Under the pieces are notes generated by a model. That model had not been told where the DNA came from. It saw only the letters and a list, made by a program, of their open reading frames with translations, and did not search any database. From the NCBI GenBank assembly GCA_948468045.1, contig CAOKGO010000005.1, forward strand, positions 3,760-67,759: a stretch of DNA of 64,000 nt, in the 5' to 3' direction. The stretch is from an uncultured Clostridium sp. (GTDB taxonomy: Bacteria; Bacillota; Clostridia; TANB77; CAG-508). Below are positions 50,272 to 61,031 of the stretch, in pieces; the first letter of the stretch is position 1, and each line of letters opens with the position of its first letter. Both the position numbers and the translations under genes were made by a program.

Positions 50272-53028
50272 ATGGGTATATTAAACAAAATTTTCAAGTC
50301 ATATAGTGAAAAAGAAGTAAAAAGAATTATGACAATAGTAGAAAAAATTAATGGATTAGAGGAACAAATATCAAAACTATCTGATAGTGAACTAAGAGGA
50401 AAAACCGAAGAATTCAAAAAACAATTAAAAGATGGTAAAACATTAGACGATATACTACCAGAAGCTTTTGCAGTTGTAAGGGAAGCATCAAAAAGAGTAT
50501 TAGGCATGAGGCACTTTGATGTCCAATTAATAGGTGGTATTATTTTACATCAAGGAAGAATTGCCGAAATGAAAACTGGTGAAGGTAAAACATTAGTTGC
50601 AACTTTACCTGTTTACTTAAACGCATTAGAAGAACAAGGTGTTCATGTTATCACTGTCAATGATTACTTAGCAAAAAGAGATAGTGAGTGGATGGGTAAA
50701 CTATACAAATTCTTAGGTTTAACAGTTGGACTAGTAATTGCTGGTATGGAACCACAAGAAAAACAAGCAGCATATAATGCAGATGTTACTTATGGTACAA
50801 ACAACGAATTTGGTTTTGATTACCTAAGAGACAATATGGTAATTTACAAAAACCAATTAGTACAAAGAGGATTACACTATGCTATCGTCGATGAAATTGA
50901 CAGTATTTTAATTGATGAAGCACGTACACCACTTATTATTTCTGGTAGAGCAAACGAATCTTCAGACCTTTATAAAAGAGCAAATGACTTTGTAAAAAGA
51001 TTAACACCTAAAGTAATAGTAGAAGAAGACATTAAAGACTTTGACCAAGCAGAAGACAATGAAAACTATGACTACATTGTTGACCTAAAAGCAAAATCAG
51101 CTTCATTAACACAAAAAGGAATAAAAAAAGCAGAAGAAGCATTTCATTTAGAAAACTTCAATGACTTAGAAAACTCTACATTAGTACATCATGTAAACCA
51201 AGCTTTACGTGCCCATGGAATTATGAAAAAAGACATAGATTATATAGTAAAAGATGGAGAGGTTCTAATTGTTGATGAATTTACAGGTCGTATCATGTAT
51301 GGTAGAAGATACAATAACGGATTACATCAAGCAATTGAAGCAAAAGAAGGTGTAAAAATTGCTGACGAATCTAAAACATTGGCAACAATCACATTCCAAA
51401 ACTTCTTTAGAATGTACGACAAATTATCAGGAATGACAGGTACAGCAATGACAGAAGAAGGGGAATTCGAAGAAATCTACAATTTAGATGTAATCGAAAT
51501 ACCAACTAACAAACCTATGATACGTAAAGACGAAAATGATGTTGTATATAAAAATGAAAATGCAAAATTCAAAGCAATAGTAGAAAGTATAAAGTTAAGT
51601 CATGAAAAAGGACAACCAGTATTAGTAGGTACAGTATCAATTGATAAATCTGAAAAGTTAAGCAAATTATTAAAACAAGAGGGAATAGCACATGAAGTAT
51701 TAAATGCAAAATATCATGAAAAAGAAGCAGAAATCGTTGCACAAGCTGGTAAATTTGGAGCAGTTACAATAGCAACAAACATGGCTGGTCGTGGTACTGA
51801 CATTATGCTTGGAGGAAATAGTGAATACTTAGCAAAAGAAGAAATGAGAAGAAACAAAGTTCCTCATGAATTAATTGAAGAAGCAGACACATATTATGAA
51901 ACAGACGATCAAGAAATTTTAAAAGCAAGAGAAGATTTCACAAAATTAGTTGAAAAATATGACGAACAAATAAAAGAAGAAAAAGAAAAAGTAATATCAG
52001 CTGGTGGTTTAAAAATAATTGGAACAGAAAGACATGAATCAAGAAGAATTGACAACCAGTTACGTGGACGTTCTGGACGTCAAGGAGACCTAGGAGAATC
52101 TAAATTCTATATTGGTTTAGATGATGACCTAATGAAAATATTTGGTGGAGATGCAATAACTAGAGTATATAATACTTTAGGAGCAGATGAAAATATGCCA
52201 ATTGACTCTAGGATTATAACAAATGCAGTAGAAAATGCTCAAAAGAAAGTAGAGGGAAGAAACTTCAGCATTCGTAAAAATGTCTTAAAATATGATGATG
52301 TTATGAATGCTCAAAGAGAAATCATTTATGGTCAAAGAAGAGAAGTATTAAATGGAGAAAATATCCATGACAATATCATTTCCATGATAGAATTTGTTGC
52401 TGACAACATAGCAAATATGTTTGTTAATGTAGAAACACAAGAATTAAATGTGGAATCTCTAAACACAGAAATAATCAATATTTTTGGTATTGATATGTTA
52501 GATATTATTAGACAAAATAAAAACAATACAGATGTAATTACTGAAAACTTAAAGAAAAAAGCAATTGAAATTTATACAGAAAAAGAACAAGAAATTGGCT
52601 CAGAAGAAATGAGAGAACTTGAAAGAGTTGTTATGCTTAAAGTAGTTGACGAAAAATGGATGAACCATATTGACGCTATGGACGAATTAAAAAATGGTAT
52701 TGGACTTCGTGCTTATGGTCAAAAAGACCCAGTTGTACAATATAGACTAGAAGGATTTGATATGTTTGACGAAATGATTAATGACATAAAAGTAGATGTA
52801 ACTAAAATTTTAATGCATATTAGACAACAAGGAGAAACTAAAAGACAAGAAACAGTAAGAATTACAGGAGCAGCTTTAGAGGCAATTCATAGTGTAGATG
52901 GTGGAGCTAAAATTGGTACAGATGTAGACAGAACAGTAAAAAATGATGAGCCTAAAATTGGAAGAAATGATCCTTGTCCTTGTGGTTCAGGCAAAAAGTA
53001 TAAAAACTGTTGTGGGAAGAACGCATAA
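50272..53028 (+). CDS. secA: Preprotein translocase SecA
   Basis: [38 protein letters not shown]. Confidence 0.98.
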   Translation: MGILNKIFKSYSEKEVKRIMTIVEKINGLEEQISKLSDSELRGKTEEFKKQLKDGKTLDDILPEAFAVVREASKRVLGMRHFDVQLIGGIILHQGRIAEMKTGEGKTLVATLPVYLNALEEQGVHVITVNDYLAKRDSEWMGKLYKFLGLTVGLVIAGMEPQEKQAAYNADVTYGTNNEFGFDYLRDNMVIYKNQLVQRGLHYAIVDEIDSILIDEARTPLIISGRANESSDLYKRANDFVKRLTPKVIVEEDIKDFDQAEDNENYDYIVDLKAKSASLTQKGIKKAEEAFHLENFNDLENSTLVHHVNQALRAHGIMKKDIDYIVKDGEVLIVDEFTGRIMYGRRYNNGLHQAIEAKEGVKIADESKTLATITFQNFFRMYDKLSGMTGTAMTEEGEFEEIYNLDVIEIPTNKPMIRKDENDVVYKNENAKFKAIVESIKLSHEKGQPVLVGTVSIDKSEKLSKLLKQEGIAHEVLNAKYHEKEAEIVAQAGKFGAVTIATNMAGRGTDIMLGGNSEYLAKEEMRRNKVPHELIEEADTYYETDDQEILKAREDFTKLVEKYDEQIKEEKEKVISAGGLKIIGTERHESRRIDNQLRGRSGRQGDLGESKFYIGLDDDLMKIFGGDAITRVYNTLGADENMPIDSRIITNAVENAQKKVEGRNFSIRKNVLKYDDVMNAQREIIYGQRREVLNGENIHDNIISMIEFVADNIANMFVNVETQELNVESLNTEIINIFGIDMLDIIRQNKNNTDVITENLKKKAIEIYTEKEQEIGSEEMRELERVVMLKVVDEKWMNHIDAMDELKNGIGLRAYGQKDPVVQYRLEGFDMFDEMINDIKVDVTKILMHIRQQGETKRQETVRITGAALEAIHSVDGGAKIGTDVDRTVKNDEPKIGRNDPCPCGSGKKYKNCCGKNA

Positions 53029-53259
53029 ATAGTGAATTACACGGATTTTTAAAATATGTAAATTAACAAAATAAGTTCGTTTGGTCAGCAAAAATATAAA
53101 TATGTGAACAAAAAATACTGAGAACAAAAGAGGCATGATTAAGATTTTATGACCTTTTAGATAACTTTTCATGCCTCGTCTTTGTTCTGTTATAGGAAGT
53201 TCAGAGAATTTTCCTATAATAAAATAAAGGAATGTAGACATCGAAAATATGTTGACATT

Positions 53260-53589
53260 CCTTTTTTAGTATGCAAAAATATAAAAGTTGATGAAGAGTT
53301 AAAAAGAAATTTTTATATCAAAGAAACTATAAATTCAAGATGGAGTGTTCGTGAACTTCAAAGACAAATAGGTTCTTTGCTATATGAAAGATTATTATTA
53401 TCAGGAAATAAAGAGAAAGCATTGGAATTGGCAGAAAAAGGATATGAATTAAAAGAAAGTAAAGATTTGGTTAAAGACCCATTTGTGCTTGAGTTTCTTG
53501 ATATTAAAGAAAATAAAGATTATTTAGAATCTGATTTGGAAAAGAATATATTAGAACATTTGAAAGAATTTTTATTAGAATTCAAATAA
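53260..53589 (+). pseudogene. Internal fragment of a YhcG/DUF1016 gene
   Basis: WSVRELQRQI..LYER, KDPFVLEFL, ESDLE...EFLLE; both termini missing. Confidence 0.75.
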
Positions 53590-53607
53590 CTAAGAGTTTA
53601 AAAAATA

Positions 53608-53683
53608 TGGGGCTTCCAACGGGAATTGAACCCGTGACCTCTACCTTACCAAGGTAGCACTCTACCAACTGAGCTATGGAAGC
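53608..53683 (-). tRNA. tRNA-Thr(GGT)
   Basis: Canonical 76-nt cloverleaf, loop TTGGTAA, encoded CCA. Confidence 0.95.
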
Positions 53684-53832
53684 ATAGAAGGGACGTATCC
53701 CTTTCCACATAATCATGAGATTTGTGAGACACACAAATAGTCTTTTCAAATTATACAGAAAAAAAGAAAAAATGTAAATACTTTCTATTGACTTTTTCCA
53801 AAAAAAATATTAAAATAATATACATAAGAACA

Positions 53833-54057
53833 AACGAGTAAGAGAAAAAGTAGGGTAAAGGTTTCTAAAAGAGAGAATTAGTCATAGGCTGAAAACTAAT
53901 TCAAGAAAACATATCTGAAAAACTACCTCTTCAAGTTTCTAGTGAATAAGCTAGACGGCAAAGAACCGTTATCATCTTAAAATTAAGTAAAAAATAGGAT
54001 GGAACCGTGTAAATAGCACTCCTATGGATATATTTTATTATCCATTGGAGTTTTTTT
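53833..54057 (+). promoter_or_regulatory. T-box riboswitch of thrS
   Basis: Stem I with AGAGA/GCTGA motifs, T-box AATAGGATGGAACCGTG, terminator ctcctatggata...tatccattggag-T7. Confidence 0.88.
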
Positions 54058-54253
54058 ATATTATAGGAAAGTTCTCCGAATTTCCTATAATATAAAGCGT
54101 TCCACAGAAAATTGCTTTGCAATTTTCGCGGGCGAACAAAGACGGGGCATATAAATAATCTAAAGGTAAAGTATCTTAATCATGCCCCTTTTGTTCTATT
54201 ATAGGAAAGTTCTTGTATTAAGAAAATCAAATGGATAAAAGGAGGAATTTTTT

Positions 54254-56182
54254 ATGATTAAAGTATCACTTAAAGACGGCTCAATTTTAGAAGTCCAAGA
54301 AAAAAGCAGCATTTTAGATGTTGCAAAAAAAATTAGTGAAGGGTTAGCAAGAAATGCAACTTGTGGGGAAGTAGATGGAGAGGTAAAAGACCTAAGATAT
54401 GAGTTACAACAAGATTGTAATTTAGTAATTCATACTTTTAATAATGATGATTTAGAAGGAAAAAAAGCATATTGGCATACAACTTCACACATCATGGCAC
54501 AAGCTGTAAAAAGATTATTTCCAAATGCAAAACTTGCAATTGGTCCAGCAATTGAAGATGGACTTTATTATGATTTTGATGTAGAAAAACCATTTACAGA
54601 TGAAGATAAAGCAAATATAGAAGAAGAAATGAAAAAAATTATAAAAGAAGATTTAGAAATTAAAAGATTTTCATTGCCAAAAAATGAAGCTCTTAAATTA
54701 ATGAAAGATGAACCTTACAAAGTAGAACTAATTGAGGACTTACCAGAGGGTGAAGAAATCAGTTTCTATACTCAAGGAGATTTTACAGATTTATGTGCAG
54801 GACCTCATGTAAATTCTACTGGAAAAGTAAAAGTTGTAAAAATTTTATCATCTTCAGGAGCATATTGGAGAGGTAGCGAAAAAAATAAAATGTTACAAAG
54901 AATTTATGCTATATCTTTTCCAAAAGCTTCTATGTTACAAGAACATTTAGAATTATTAGAAGAAGCAAAACAAAGAGACCATAGAAGAATTGGAAAAGAA
55001 CAAGAATTATTTATGACTCATGAACTAGTTGGTTCAGGACTTCCAATGTATTTACCAAATGGAGCAATAATTAGAAGAATTTTAGAAAGATATATTGCAG
55101 ATAAGGAAATTGCTTTAGGATATCAACACGTATATACACCATCTCTTGCAAATGTAGATTTATACAAAACAAGTGGACACTGGGACCATTACAAAGATGA
55201 CATGTTTCCTGTTATGAAAATGGAAAATGAAGAATTAGTTTTAAGACCAATGAACTGTCCACATCATATGTTAATATATAAAAATAAATTACATTCTTAT
55301 CGTGACTTACCAATTAGAATTGGAGAATTAGCACATGATTTTAGATATGAGTCAAGTGGTAGTGTATGTGGACTTGAAAGAGTACGTGAAATGTGCCAAA
55401 ATGATGCACATATATTTGTAACACCAGAACAAATAAGAGAAGTATTTGGAGAAGTAGTTAAATTAATTTTAGCAGTTTATGAAGATTTTGGATTTAACAA
55501 TTATACTTTCAGATTATCTTTAAGAGATAAAAATAACAAAGAAAAATATTTTGATGATGACCAAATGTGGGAAACAGCAGAAAGCCAATTACGTGATATT
55601 TTAACAGAATTAGGAATTGATTTTTATGAGGCTGAAGGTGAAGCTGCATTTTATGGTCCAAAATTGGATGTTCAAATAAAAACAGCAATTGGGCATGATG
55701 TAACAATATCAACTTGCCAATTAGACTTTTTATTACCACAAAGATTTGAGCTAGAATATATTGGAGAAGATGGAAAAGCACATAGACCAGTTGTTATTCA
55801 TAGGGCAATATTAGGAACATTTGACAGATTTTTATCATTCTTAATTGAAGAATATAAAGGAGCATTTCCTTTATGGCTTGCTCCAACACAAATAAAAATT
55901 TTGCCAATTACAGATAATCAACATGAATATGCATACAAATTAAAAGAAGAATTATTCAAACAAGGCTTTAGAGTAGCAGTTGATGACAGAAGTGAAAAAA
56001 CAGGCTACAAAATTAGAGAAGCTCAGCTTGAAAAAGTACCATATATGTTAGTTGTAGGAGCAAAAGAAGTAGAAGAAAATACAGTTGCGGTTCGTTCAAG
56101 AGAGAATGGAGATTTAGGAACAATGAATGTAGAAGACTTTGAACAAAAAATTTTAAAAGAAGTAGAGAATAGAAGTAAATAA
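54254..56182 (+). CDS. thrS: Threonyl-tRNA synthetase
   Basis: HTTSH, DLCAGPHV, RPMNCPHH, FYGPKLD. Confidence 0.97.
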   Translation: MIKVSLKDGSILEVQEKSSILDVAKKISEGLARNATCGEVDGEVKDLRYELQQDCNLVIHTFNNDDLEGKKAYWHTTSHIMAQAVKRLFPNAKLAIGPAIEDGLYYDFDVEKPFTDEDKANIEEEMKKIIKEDLEIKRFSLPKNEALKLMKDEPYKVELIEDLPEGEEISFYTQGDFTDLCAGPHVNSTGKVKVVKILSSSGAYWRGSEKNKMLQRIYAISFPKASMLQEHLELLEEAKQRDHRRIGKEQELFMTHELVGSGLPMYLPNGAIIRRILERYIADKEIALGYQHVYTPSLANVDLYKTSGHWDHYKDDMFPVMKMENEELVLRPMNCPHHMLIYKNKLHSYRDLPIRIGELAHDFRYESSGSVCGLERVREMCQNDAHIFVTPEQIREVFGEVVKLILAVYEDFGFNNYTFRLSLRDKNNKEKYFDDDQMWETAESQLRDILTELGIDFYEAEGEAAFYGPKLDVQIKTAIGHDVTISTCQLDFLLPQRFELEYIGEDGKAHRPVVIHRAILGTFDRFLSFLIEEYKGAFPLWLAPTQIKILPITDNQHEYAYKLKEELFKQGFRVAVDDRSEKTGYKIREAQLEKVPYMLVVGAKEVEENTVAVRSRENGDLGTMNVEDFEQKILKEVENRSK

Positions 56183-56197
56183 TAATAGGAGGAAACA

Positions 56198-57289
56198 ATG
56201 AAAATAGGAATAGTAGGTTTACCAAATGTTGGTAAAAGTACAATGTTCAATAGTATTACAAAAGCAGGGGCAGAATGTGCAAATTATCCATTTTGTACAA
56301 TAGAGCCAAATGTAGGTGTTGTAGGTGTTCCAGATGAAAGACTAGATGAATTAACAAAAATGTATAACCCACAAAAAACAACACATGCAGTAATTGAGTT
56401 TGTTGACATTGCTGGACTTGTAAAAGGTGCAAGTAAAGGAGAGGGATTAGGAAATAAATTCCTTTCACATATACGTGAAACAGACAGCATTTGTGAGGTT
56501 GTAAGATGTTTTGATGATTCAAATGTTGTTCATGTAGACGGTAGTGTTGACCCAATAAGAGATATTGAAACCATTAATTTAGAATTAATTTTTGCAGATA
56601 TTGAAACAGTTACTAAAAGAATAGATAAAGCTAGAAAAAATCTAAAAGCAGACAAAAAATATCAACAAGAAATTGATTTATTAGAAAAAATTAAAGAAAA
56701 TTTAGAAAATGGAATATCTGCAAGAGCAATTGACTTTTCAGAAGAAGAACAAGAAATGGTTAAAGAAATGTTTTTACTTACAACAAAGCCTATTTTATAT
56801 ATTGCAAATATTTCAGAAGAACAATTAGAAAATGCAGAAAATGACGAATTAGTAAAAAAAGTAAAAGAATATGCATCAAAAGAAAAAGCAGAAGTAATTC
56901 CTTTATGTGTAAAAATAGAAGAAGAATTATCAGGATTAGAAGATAACGATAAAAAAGAAATGCTAGAAGCTCTTGGATTAGAAGAATCTGGACTAGACAA
57001 AGTAATTAAAAAAAGTTATGATTTATTAGGACTAATGTCTTTTTTAACAGCAGGAGAACCAGAAGTAAGAGCTTGGACAATAAAAAAAGGAACAAAAGCA
57101 CCAGAAGCTGCTGGAAAAATTCATTCAGACATTGAAAGAGGATTTATAAAAGCTGAAATTGTTTCATATAAAGATTTAATGGAAGCAGGTTCTATGGTAA
57201 ATGCAAAAGAAAAAGGACTTGTTCGTTCAGAAGGTAAAGAATACATTATGCAAGATGGCGACATTGTGCTATTCAAATTTAACGTGTAA
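56198..57289 (+). CDS. ychF: Ribosome-binding ATPase YchF
   Basis: GLPNVGKST, DIAGLVKGASKGEGLGN. Confidence 0.97.
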   Translation: MKIGIVGLPNVGKSTMFNSITKAGAECANYPFCTIEPNVGVVGVPDERLDELTKMYNPQKTTHAVIEFVDIAGLVKGASKGEGLGNKFLSHIRETDSICEVVRCFDDSNVVHVDGSVDPIRDIETINLELIFADIETVTKRIDKARKNLKADKKYQQEIDLLEKIKENLENGISARAIDFSEEEQEMVKEMFLLTTKPILYIANISEEQLENAENDELVKKVKEYASKEKAEVIPLCVKIEEELSGLEDNDKKEMLEALGLEESGLDKVIKKSYDLLGLMSFLTAGEPEVRAWTIKKGTKAPEAAGKIHSDIERGFIKAEIVSYKDLMEAGSMVNAKEKGLVRSEGKEYIMQDGDIVLFKFNV

Positions 57290-57501
57290 AAAAAGTAATA
57301 TTTTTGTAATTAAAATGTAAAATAAAAATGAAAAAAAGGTATTGACATATTTTTTATTTAAGTATAAAATAATAGATGTAAACAAAAGATTTAGTATTTG
57401 CATATTTTTGTAAAAAAACTTAAATTATACAAAAAAATATAGTATAATTTAAGTCAATTGTATAATACTAATATAAGTATATAAAGTGAGGAGAAAGTGA
57501 T

Positions 57502-57930
57502 ATGAAAAAATCAAATTTAATCAAAGTAGTTTCAATTTTATTAATTAGTGTAATGGTAATAATGTTTAGTACCAATGTATTTGCAGCTGATAATACTTTA
57601 GATGATGGAGATAGAATTGATTTAACAGAAAGCATTGGAAATGGAAATAAAAACAATAATTCTGGAAATACAAATTCTAATAACAATAACAACAATAGCA
57701 ACACAAATAATAACAACTCTAACACAAACAATAATAATAATAATGCTAATAAAGCAAATAACAATGCAAATACTAATAACAACAATAGTAATAACAATTC
57801 TGTATATAATAATAACAATTTACCAAAAACAGGTATTGGTGATTCTATTCCAGTAGCTATGTTGATTGTAATATTTGGAATATCAGCAGTATATGCTTAT
57901 AAAAAAGTAAAAGATTATAGAAATATATAA
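57502..57930 (+). CDS. Asn-rich LPXTG cell-wall-anchored protein
   Basis: Signal peptide, poly-Asn linker, LPKTG followed by a TM helix and basic tail. Confidence 0.88.
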   Translation: MKKSNLIKVVSILLISVMVIMFSTNVFAADNTLDDGDRIDLTESIGNGNKNNNSGNTNSNNNNNNSNTNNNNSNTNNNNNNANKANNNANTNNNNSNNNSVYNNNNLPKTGIGDSIPVAMLIVIFGISAVYAYKKVKDYRNI

Positions 57931-57966
57931 AACTTTTTAGTAGGATTTAGGGACGGTCCCATAATC

Positions 57967-58633
57967 CTACTTTTGTTTTGCTCGTACAATAATACGATTA
58001 TTATTAAAATTATTACAAGTAACAAGTGTTAATATTTTTTCATTTTGTTCATAATTTAAAACAGGGGAAAGGTCTGAACTAGGAACTTCATAAATATTAT
58101 AGATTAGATACATATATTTAAAACCATTATTATCAAATATATAAATTATATCATTAGAAGAAAGAGAAGAAATTTTGCTAAAAAATAGTCGATTATCATA
58201 ATTATGTCCTGCAATGCAAATGTTTCCATTTACATTTGGAGTATCTCCATAAAATTTACAAGGCGATACTTTTAATAATTCTTCAGTTAGATTTGAAAAT
58301 ACAGGATAATATAAGTCAATTTTAGGTATTTGAATTACTCCGAAATATACTATTAGTTTCATTTGTATTAATTTCTTCTAGTTCATTACTATTATTATTT
58401 TGATATAATCTATAAATATTATAATTTGCAATTAAGCTATTTGAAAAATCTTCTTTTCTTGCTAATTGATACAAATAAAAACTTCCACATAATATAGATA
58501 TAGACATAATTAAAATAGAAAAGATAAATTGAAATCTAAACCAACTTTTCTTTTCTTTTAAATTAAATTGAGGGTGATTTTTTTGTTTGTTCTCAAAATC
58601 ACCTTTTAGTTTTGTATTTAAAATTTGATTCAT
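57967..58633 (-). CDS. Sortase with +1 CGG site at 58342
   Basis: TM anchor...ETNSIF-[C]-GVIQIPKIDL; AGHN, LTLVTC, R; 221 aa when joined. Confidence 0.88.
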
Positions 58634-58686
58634 AATAAATTTAGTTTACTCAAAAATTGTTGCAAAGATACATTTTAAATAAAAAC

Positions 58687-59655
58687 TTAAAACATTTTAT
58701 TTTGTTTTACTAATTGTGGCATTATTTCAAATTTTATTTCGAAACAAGAAAAATCTTTTAATTCATTTTCTTCTAAACAGTCTAAATAAATATCTAATTC
58801 ATCTAAATTTCTACAAGCTGCTATCACAATAGGGTTAAGTTCATAACGAAACATTAATTCTAATCCTAATTCTAAAGCTTTTGTAATAGAACCTTTTTCT
58901 TTATTTTTAATTAAATAGTAACTTTCCCTAAATCTAGCAATAGAAGAGTTTTTAAATTTTTGTAAAGGAACAATATATAGATTATCTACTATATCTTGTA
59001 TTGTTTCATATTTATTATTTGAATTATTATAAATATTTTTTATATCTGAGTAGAAAAAAGGAAGATAGGCTTTTTGGTCTTTTTCTGACACAATTAAAGT
59101 GTTATTATCTCTTGGCTCTATTTCTACATCAATTTTATTTGTATTTTCTACTAAATTATCTTTTAGAGAAATTTTTGATTTTTTGATTTTTTTGCTTTGA
59201 ATATCTAATGACAAGGTAATAGCAGAATTTAAAACATCAGTATTTTTATTTTCAAATGTTATTATTTTATTAGATAGTTCATCTTTTATTTTGTTATATT
59301 CTACTAGATTTGCTTTTATTTCTTCTTTGTTATTATCTAAACTTTTGTCATATAAGGAAATAGTTTCTTTCAGTATTGTTGTTAATGTATTTGCTAAATT
59401 TTCTATATTATTGATATTTTCAAAAGATTGTTTTATAGAATCAACCATTTCATGAAAATAGTCTAATTTATTTTCCTCAATTCCATATGTCATTTCCATC
59501 ATATTATTAGTAATTGCCAAAAGACTGGATTTTTTATTGTTATATAATATTAATATCTGTCTAATATAATCTTTTTCTGATTTTAATTGTATTATTAAAT
59601 TATCTTCAATAAAGTTGTCTAATAAATTAAATTTATAAAAAAACATTAAAAACAC
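58687..59655 (-). CDS. Hypothetical protein
   Basis: Long ORF with a coiled-coil-like N-terminal half; no family recognised. Confidence 0.65.
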   Translation of the reverse strand: MFLMFFYKFNLLDNFIEDNLIIQLKSEKDYIRQILILYNNKKSSLLAITNNMMEMTYGIEENKLDYFHEMVDSIKQSFENINNIENLANTLTTILKETISLYDKSLDNNKEEIKANLVEYNKIKDELSNKIITFENKNTDVLNSAITLSLDIQSKKIKKSKISLKDNLVENTNKIDVEIEPRDNNTLIVSEKDQKAYLPFFYSDIKNIYNNSNNKYETIQDIVDNLYIVPLQKFKNSSIARFRESYYLIKNKEKGSITKALELGLELMFRYELNPIVIAACRNLDELDIYLDCLEENELKDFSCFEIKFEIMPQLVKQNKMF

Positions 59656-59856
59656 TCCTATCTTTTGTATAATTATAATAAAATCTAATTCTATTATATC
59701 AGAAAAAATGACAAAAAATATTACAGTTCTATTACATTTTTATAAAGATTTCTATAAATATTGTATAATTAAATGATATTTATAGAAATATAGACATATT
59801 GCATTTTATTCAAAAATAATATATGATATAAAAAACAAGTGAAAGGAATGATTAAA

Positions 59857-60959
59857 ATGTTAGAATTAGAAGAAAATACAAGACTACTTCAAACATTAAA
59901 AGTAAACTTAAAAAGTTTGGGTGACTCTCTTTGACATAGCTAAACTTGAAACCGAATTACAAGAATTAGAAAATAAAACAGTAGAAGAAAACTTTTGGAA
60001 TGACAGTAAAAATTCCAGCAAGGTATTAAGTCAAATTAAAGTAATAAAAAATAAAGTAGTAGAATATAGAAGAATAGAAAATGAAATAAAGAATTTGCAA
60101 GAATTAACAGAACTATTAGAATTAGAACCAGATGAAGAAATAGGGAAAGATATATTAAAAAACACAAATAAGGTACAAAAAGACATTGAAAAATTTGAAA
60201 TAACAACTTTTTTATCTGAAAAATATGATAGCAATAACAGTATTGTTACAATACATCCAGGAGCAGGTGGAACAGAATCTCAAGACTGGGCAGAAATGTT
60301 GTACCGAATGTACACAAGGTGGGCAAACAAAAACGGTTATGAAGTAAAAGAATTAGATTATTTAGAGGGGGAAGAGGCAGGATTAAAAAGTGTAACATTT
60401 GAGATTGTAGGAGAAAATGCATATGGTTACATGAAATCAGAAAAAGGTGTACATCGCTTGGTTAGAATTTCACCATTTGATAGTGGGGGAAGAAGGCACA
60501 CATCTTTTGCATCAGTAGAAGTCTTGCCAGAAATTACAGATGATATTGAATTAGAAATAAATTCAGATGATTTAAGAATAGACACATATCGTGCTTCAGG
60601 TGCAGGTCGGACAACATATAAATAAAACATCATCAGCTGTAAGAATCACCCACTTGCCAACAAACATAGTAGTTGCATGTCAATCTGAACGTTCTCAAAT
60701 TCAAAACAGAGAAACAGCAATGAAAATGCTAAAATCCAAATTATTAGATTTAAAGGATAAAGAACAAAAAGAAAAAATAGAAGATTTAAAAGGAATACAA
60801 ATGGATATTGCATGGGGAAGCCAAATCCGTTCTTATGTCTTTTGCCCATATACTATGGTAAAAGACCATAGAACCAATTTTGAAGTAGGAAATGTACAAG
60901 CAGTAATGGATGGAGAAATTGACAGTTTTATGGAAAGCTACTTAAAAATGAAACAATAA
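59857..60959 (+). CDS. prfB: Peptide chain release factor 2 with the canonical CTT-TGA shift (59929) and a CGG shift (60608)
   Basis: GAC TCT CTT TGA C; SPF motif; ASGAG-[C]-GQHINKT; 366 aa when joined. Confidence 0.96.
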
Positions 60960-61031
60960 ATATAAACTTGCATACAATGTAGAGAGGAGATTTTAAATTA
61001 AATCCTCTCTACATTATTTTTACAAAAGGCG

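Noticed and set aside
41961-53241. Repeated small ORFs containing MKSYLKGHKILIMPLLF
   Set aside because: They are translations of the family A repeat, with inconsistent starts and stops.
57650-57820. AAT/AAC low-complexity tract as a non-coding repeat
   Set aside because: It is the in-frame poly-Asn linker of the LPKTG protein.
19831-60959. Treating the split genes as pseudogenes or random sequencing indels
   Set aside because: All ten breaks are the same base, at the same codon position, before the same amino acid, outside homopolymers and on both strands, including in normally essential motifs. A systematic artefact cannot be fully excluded without reads.
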